Shown in pieces: positions 32,330 through 34,734 of a stretch of DNA of 34,734 nucleotides. The notes beneath the pieces are model-generated. The model saw only the letters and a program-made list of their open reading frames with translations. It did no database searches and was not told where the DNA came from. The translations under genes and the position numbers were made by a program. Position 1 is the first letter of the stretch. Each line of letters starts with the position of its first letter. Origin of the DNA: a virus; IMG/VR virus record IMGVR_UViG_3300038701_001263. One strand, 5' to 3'.

Positions 32330-32695
32330 ATGGTTTCGGGCCGAGGCGCCAAACAGAAAGGCGACAATTTTGAACGCCAAACAGCAGCTTATCTCAACGA
32401 GCGGATCGACGGACTCGACGCCTACAGGACGCCGCTTTCCGGCATGCGAGGCGGACGCGAGACGGCAACGCCCGATTTGAGCAACACGCCGGGCGTGGCG
32501 ATTGAGTGCAAACGCACCGAAACGATTTCTGCGCGCAAATGGATGAAACAGGCGGTCGAGGCGGCAGGCGACAATGCGCCGGTCGTCATCACGCGCCAGA
32601 ACCGCGACAGCATGGACGACGCTTTGGTCATCATGCGGCTGGGCGATTGGGTCAAGTTTTACGGCGCGGTGGTGGAGGCTGAAAATGCGGCCTGA
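32330..32695 (+). CDS. PD-(D/E)XK Holliday-junction resolvase-like (Hjc-type) protein
   Basis: KGDNFERQTAAYLN .. RTPLSG .. PDL .. VAIECKR layout. ATG 32330 lies 8 nt after GGAG. Confidence 0.55.
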   Translation: MVSGRGAKQKGDNFERQTAAYLNERIDGLDAYRTPLSGMRGGRETATPDLSNTPGVAIECKRTETISARKWMKQAVEAAGDNAPVVITRQNRDSMDDALVIMRLGDWVKFYGAVVEAENAA

Positions 32696-33053
32696 GCGGA
32701 TCACCGAAACGCAAGCGCGACAAATCATTGAGCGAGCAGCAGCCGGCGAGGCGCGCAAGGTCTTGGCTTATGATTTTGGCGTCTCTTACAGCGCGATTTG
32801 CGACGTGCTGGCTGGGAGACGCCACGCCGACGCTGCGCCGGAACTTCTTGATCGGGTCCGCAGACGACCGAGCAAAAAGACAAAGCGCGAGGTGGGCCTG
32901 TACGTCGCTGCGGGCGGCAAAAGGAAAGACGCCGCGCGGATCTTTGGCCTGTGCCGAGCCACTGTGACCAAATACGTGCGCGAGTATCAGGCGCAAGAGA
33001 CGAACAACCATCAAACCAACAAAGGAGAAAACCATGTCCACATTTACTCGTGA
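32685..33053 (+). CDS. DNA-binding protein with two HTH-like segments
   Basis: ARKVLAYDFGVSYSAICDVLAGR and RKDAARIFGLCRATVTKYVREY. ATG 32685 follows GGAGG. Confidence 0.55.
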   Translation: MRPERITETQARQIIERAAAGEARKVLAYDFGVSYSAICDVLAGRRHADAAPELLDRVRRRPSKKTKREVGLYVAAGGKRKDAARIFGLCRATVTKYVREYQAQETNNHQTNKGENHVHIYS

Positions 33054-33270
33054 CCAATCGGTAAGTTCGGAGGCTGATCGGTTTTTCATTCTCAAGCCGT
33101 CGGGCGAGCGTTTGCCGATCGTTGGCGTTTTGAACGAAGACCAAGCCCGCCGCGTCTTTTTCGGCCCCTGGCGCGAAGACGGCGACAAACTCGTCTGCGA
33201 ACGAACCTGCGCCACCTGGTGCTGGGAGCCAGAGGAAGACTGGTCGGAAAGGCATGCTGCAAATGGATAA
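33034..33270 (+). CDS. Hypothetical protein, 78 aa
   Basis: ATG follows AAGGAG. Overlaps both neighbouring genes. Confidence 0.55.
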   Translation: MSTFTRDQSVSSEADRFFILKPSGERLPIVGVLNEDQARRVFFGPWREDGDKLVCERTCATWCWEPEEDWSERHAANG

Positions 33271-34318
33271 TGTTGCGGACTTTGTCACCGATCTGATCGG
33301 CCTCTACGGCTACCAGCCCAAGGAATGGGCGCACCGGCGCGAGCAGTACGTCAGCGCCAGCCAGATCGGGCTGTGTGAGCTGCGTCAGTATTTCATGCGC
33401 CAGCGCGGCGGTGTGGAGCTGGACGCGTCGGCACCGGCCGCCTGGGGCGTCTTTGCGCGTGGCGACACGGGCGAGGAATGGGTCGCGGCGGTTCTAGATC
33501 GCGCGCAGCTTGCCGAGCATGGCGGGCCGAGGCTTGGTTTGGCGTTCTCAGCGACGGGCAAAAATCAGGTCACGATCATTGACGAGGATCGACGCCTCGC
33601 CGCGACGCCGGATGGCATCATGTGGCTTGGGTCTGACCCTGTTTTGCTGGAAATCAAAACCATCGACCCGCGCGTAAGCCTCGATGCGCCCAAGCCGGCG
33701 CACTGGCGGCAGGTCATGTTTGCGATGGCGCTCATGGCGCAGGTGCATTCGATCAAGCCGAAGCGCGCGGTCATCCTGTACGTCGATTGCAGCAATTACG
33801 CCAACGTGACGGCCTTTGACGTGGCCTTCGATCCGATCGAGGGCGGCGCGCTGATCGACCGGGCGCTGCGGATCCATGCGTCAGGGCCGGACGACCTGCA
33901 GGCCGAGGGCGTTCTCGATGGCGGCGGGGAGTGCAAGACCTGCGATTTCGCCGCGCAGTGCAAGGCGTATCAGGTTGAGCGGGTCGAGCGCGCTGCCGCA
34001 ACCGGGCCGATTGATGACGCCACGGCTGGCGAGCTTGACGATCTGGCGGCTCAGCGCGAGGCGGCGACGCAGATGGAGGGCGAAGCCAAGCGCATCAAAG
34101 AGAGCGCGACCAACCAGATCCGCATGCTGATGGACGACCTAGGCATCAGCTACGCCAAGACGCCGGGCTATTCGATCCGGCAGAGCGTGACCAAGGGGCG
34201 CGAGACGTGTGATTGGCGGCAGGCGATCGAGGATGGCGTCGATCTGTCCGATTACGTCAGCGTCGGCAACGGCTATCCGCGCCTGACTATCAGAAAGGCG
34301 AAAGACGATGGCGAATAA
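33254..34318 (+). CDS. Cas4/RecB-like PD-(D/E)XK nuclease with 4-Cys Fe-S cluster motif
   Basis: ATPDGIM and LLEIKT nuclease motifs. N-terminal Cys (IGLCELRQY) plus CKTCDFAAQC (C-x2-C-x5-C). An extra C-terminal extension of about 110 aa. Confidence 0.7.
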   Translation: MLQMDNVADFVTDLIGLYGYQPKEWAHRREQYVSASQIGLCELRQYFMRQRGGVELDASAPAAWGVFARGDTGEEWVAAVLDRAQLAEHGGPRLGLAFSATGKNQVTIIDEDRRLAATPDGIMWLGSDPVLLEIKTIDPRVSLDAPKPAHWRQVMFAMALMAQVHSIKPKRAVILYVDCSNYANVTAFDVAFDPIEGGALIDRALRIHASGPDDLQAEGVLDGGGECKTCDFAAQCKAYQVERVERAAATGPIDDATAGELDDLAAQREAATQMEGEAKRIKESATNQIRMLMDDLGISYAKTPGYSIRQSVTKGRETCDWRQAIEDGVDLSDYVSVGNGYPRLTIRKAKDDGE

Positions 34319-34324
34319 TTATCA
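34304..34324 (+). repeat. 21-bp direct repeat GACGATGGCGAATAATTATCA, first copy (second at 159-179)
   Basis: Exact match. Here the embedded ATG opens only a 9-codon remnant (34308-34337, MANNYQEAA*). Confidence 0.95.
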
Positions 34325-34336
34325 GGAGGCTGCGTG

Positions 34337-34734
34337 ATGCCGATCAAGCTAACGCCTAAACACGTTGGAAACCGAGTGCTGCTGGATAACGGCTGCATTG
34401 GAGTTGTCACGTCGTACTTTAAGACAATGGCGGGGCCGCGTTTTGAGATCGCGTTTGGCATCGTCTCTTTGCCGTACTCAATGGCGATCTACGATGATGA
34501 CGGCATCTTTGAGAGAGACGAGGACCACGAAGAATACAAGCGCGGTAATACGGACCAATGGCGCGTAGTCTTATCGCTCGACGCCCCCAACCCGCTGGAC
34601 GTTGAGGTGCCGGAGTGGTGTCGCCGCATTGTGATATGGGATTTTGGGGGAATGGTGCTTCTAGATACAGATTACTTCAACGAGGCACTGGAGCGGTTCA
34701 AGGAGTCCAAGAACATCATCGGCTGGTCCCCTGC
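34337..34734 (+). CDS. 5' part of the junction-spanning 147-aa hypothetical protein (continues at 1-173)
   Basis: ATG 34337 lies 7 nt after AGGAGG (34324-34329). The frame is open to the window end. Confidence 0.6.
   Translation, partial: MPIKLTPKHVGNRVLLDNGCIGVVTSYFKTMAGPRFEIAFGIVSLPYSMAIYDDDGIFERDEDHEEYKRGNTDQWRVVLSLDAPNPLDVEVPEWCRRIVIWDFGGMVLLDTDYFNEALERFKESKNIIGWSP
34608..34734. repeat. Terminal overlap, right copy (identical to 1-127)
   Basis: Base-for-base identity with the first 127 nt. Confidence 0.97.

Larger units (their letters stand above)
1..34607. mobile_element. Complete temperate tailed-phage genome (circular map), podovirus-like gene content
   Basis: The 127-bp end overlap closes the circle. 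Terminase, portal, HK97-type capsid, lysis cassette, tyrosine integrase and CI-like repressor are each present once. No tape-measure, tube or sheath ORFs. Confidence 0.85.

Noticed and set aside
31950-32480. 176-aa plus-strand ORF spanning the divergent control region.
   Set aside because: It is antisense to the 112-aa gene, crosses the AT-rich operator region, and then runs out of frame over the resolvase-like gene. It has no RBS or motifs.
34308-34337. 9-codon ORF MANNYQEAA starting at the first copy of the 21-bp repeat.
   Set aside because: It is a truncated duplicate of the start of the 65-aa ORF (163-360), created by the repeat. It is treated as an insertion scar rather than a gene.

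Overview
The window is a complete, circularly closed genome of a temperate tailed phage. Bases 1-127 are identical to 34608-34734, giving a unique length of 34,607 bp, and one ORF reads across the join. The sequence is GC-rich (roughly 60% by eye) and very gene dense. I call about 47 genes, all but five on the + strand, with many ATGA/TAATG start-stop overlaps.

Gene order on the circle:
- Divergent control region (32178-32329).
- Early operon: Hjc-like resolvase, double-HTH protein, Cas4/RecB-like Fe-S nuclease, orphan ORFs, and a protein ending in the bacterial SSB tip DDDIPF.
- XRE regulator plus an AEP-primase/SF3-helicase fusion, followed by an iteron/AT-rich ori candidate.
- TerS, then a 2-kb cargo insert: DUF5664-like dNTP pyrophosphohydrolase, a structured RNA with a strong terminator, a Zn-ribbon micro-ORF, and a beta-class N6/N4 DNA methyltransferase.
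- TerL, portal, scaffold, HK97-fold capsid, adaptor- and nozzle-like proteins, and three large internal (ejection-type) proteins. There are no tape-measure, tube or sheath genes, so the virion looks podovirus-like.
- A duplicated receptor-binding cassette: fibre + small paralogous protein + concanavalin-like lectin-fold protein, twice.
- Lysis cassette: TM protein, amidase-SH3b endolysin, holin, overlapped i/o-spanins.
- Putative attP.
- Minus-strand lysogeny module: orphan ORF, tyrosine integrase, CI-like repressor, and two co-oriented cargo genes, one encoding a secreted Rap1a-like protein.

I saw no tRNA, rRNA, CRISPR array, transposase or reverse transcriptase.

The most noteworthy observations are:
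- the duplicated three-gene receptor-binding cassette with low-GC lectin genes;
- the SSB-tail protein;
- the lysogeny-linked secreted-protein pair;
- a TCGGTA site network linking the three lysogeny control regions;
- an RNA candidate with anti-SD-like loops inside the packaging module;
- a 21-bp repeat bracketing a single-gene cassette.

All functional calls come from motif recognition by eye. None was checked against a database.
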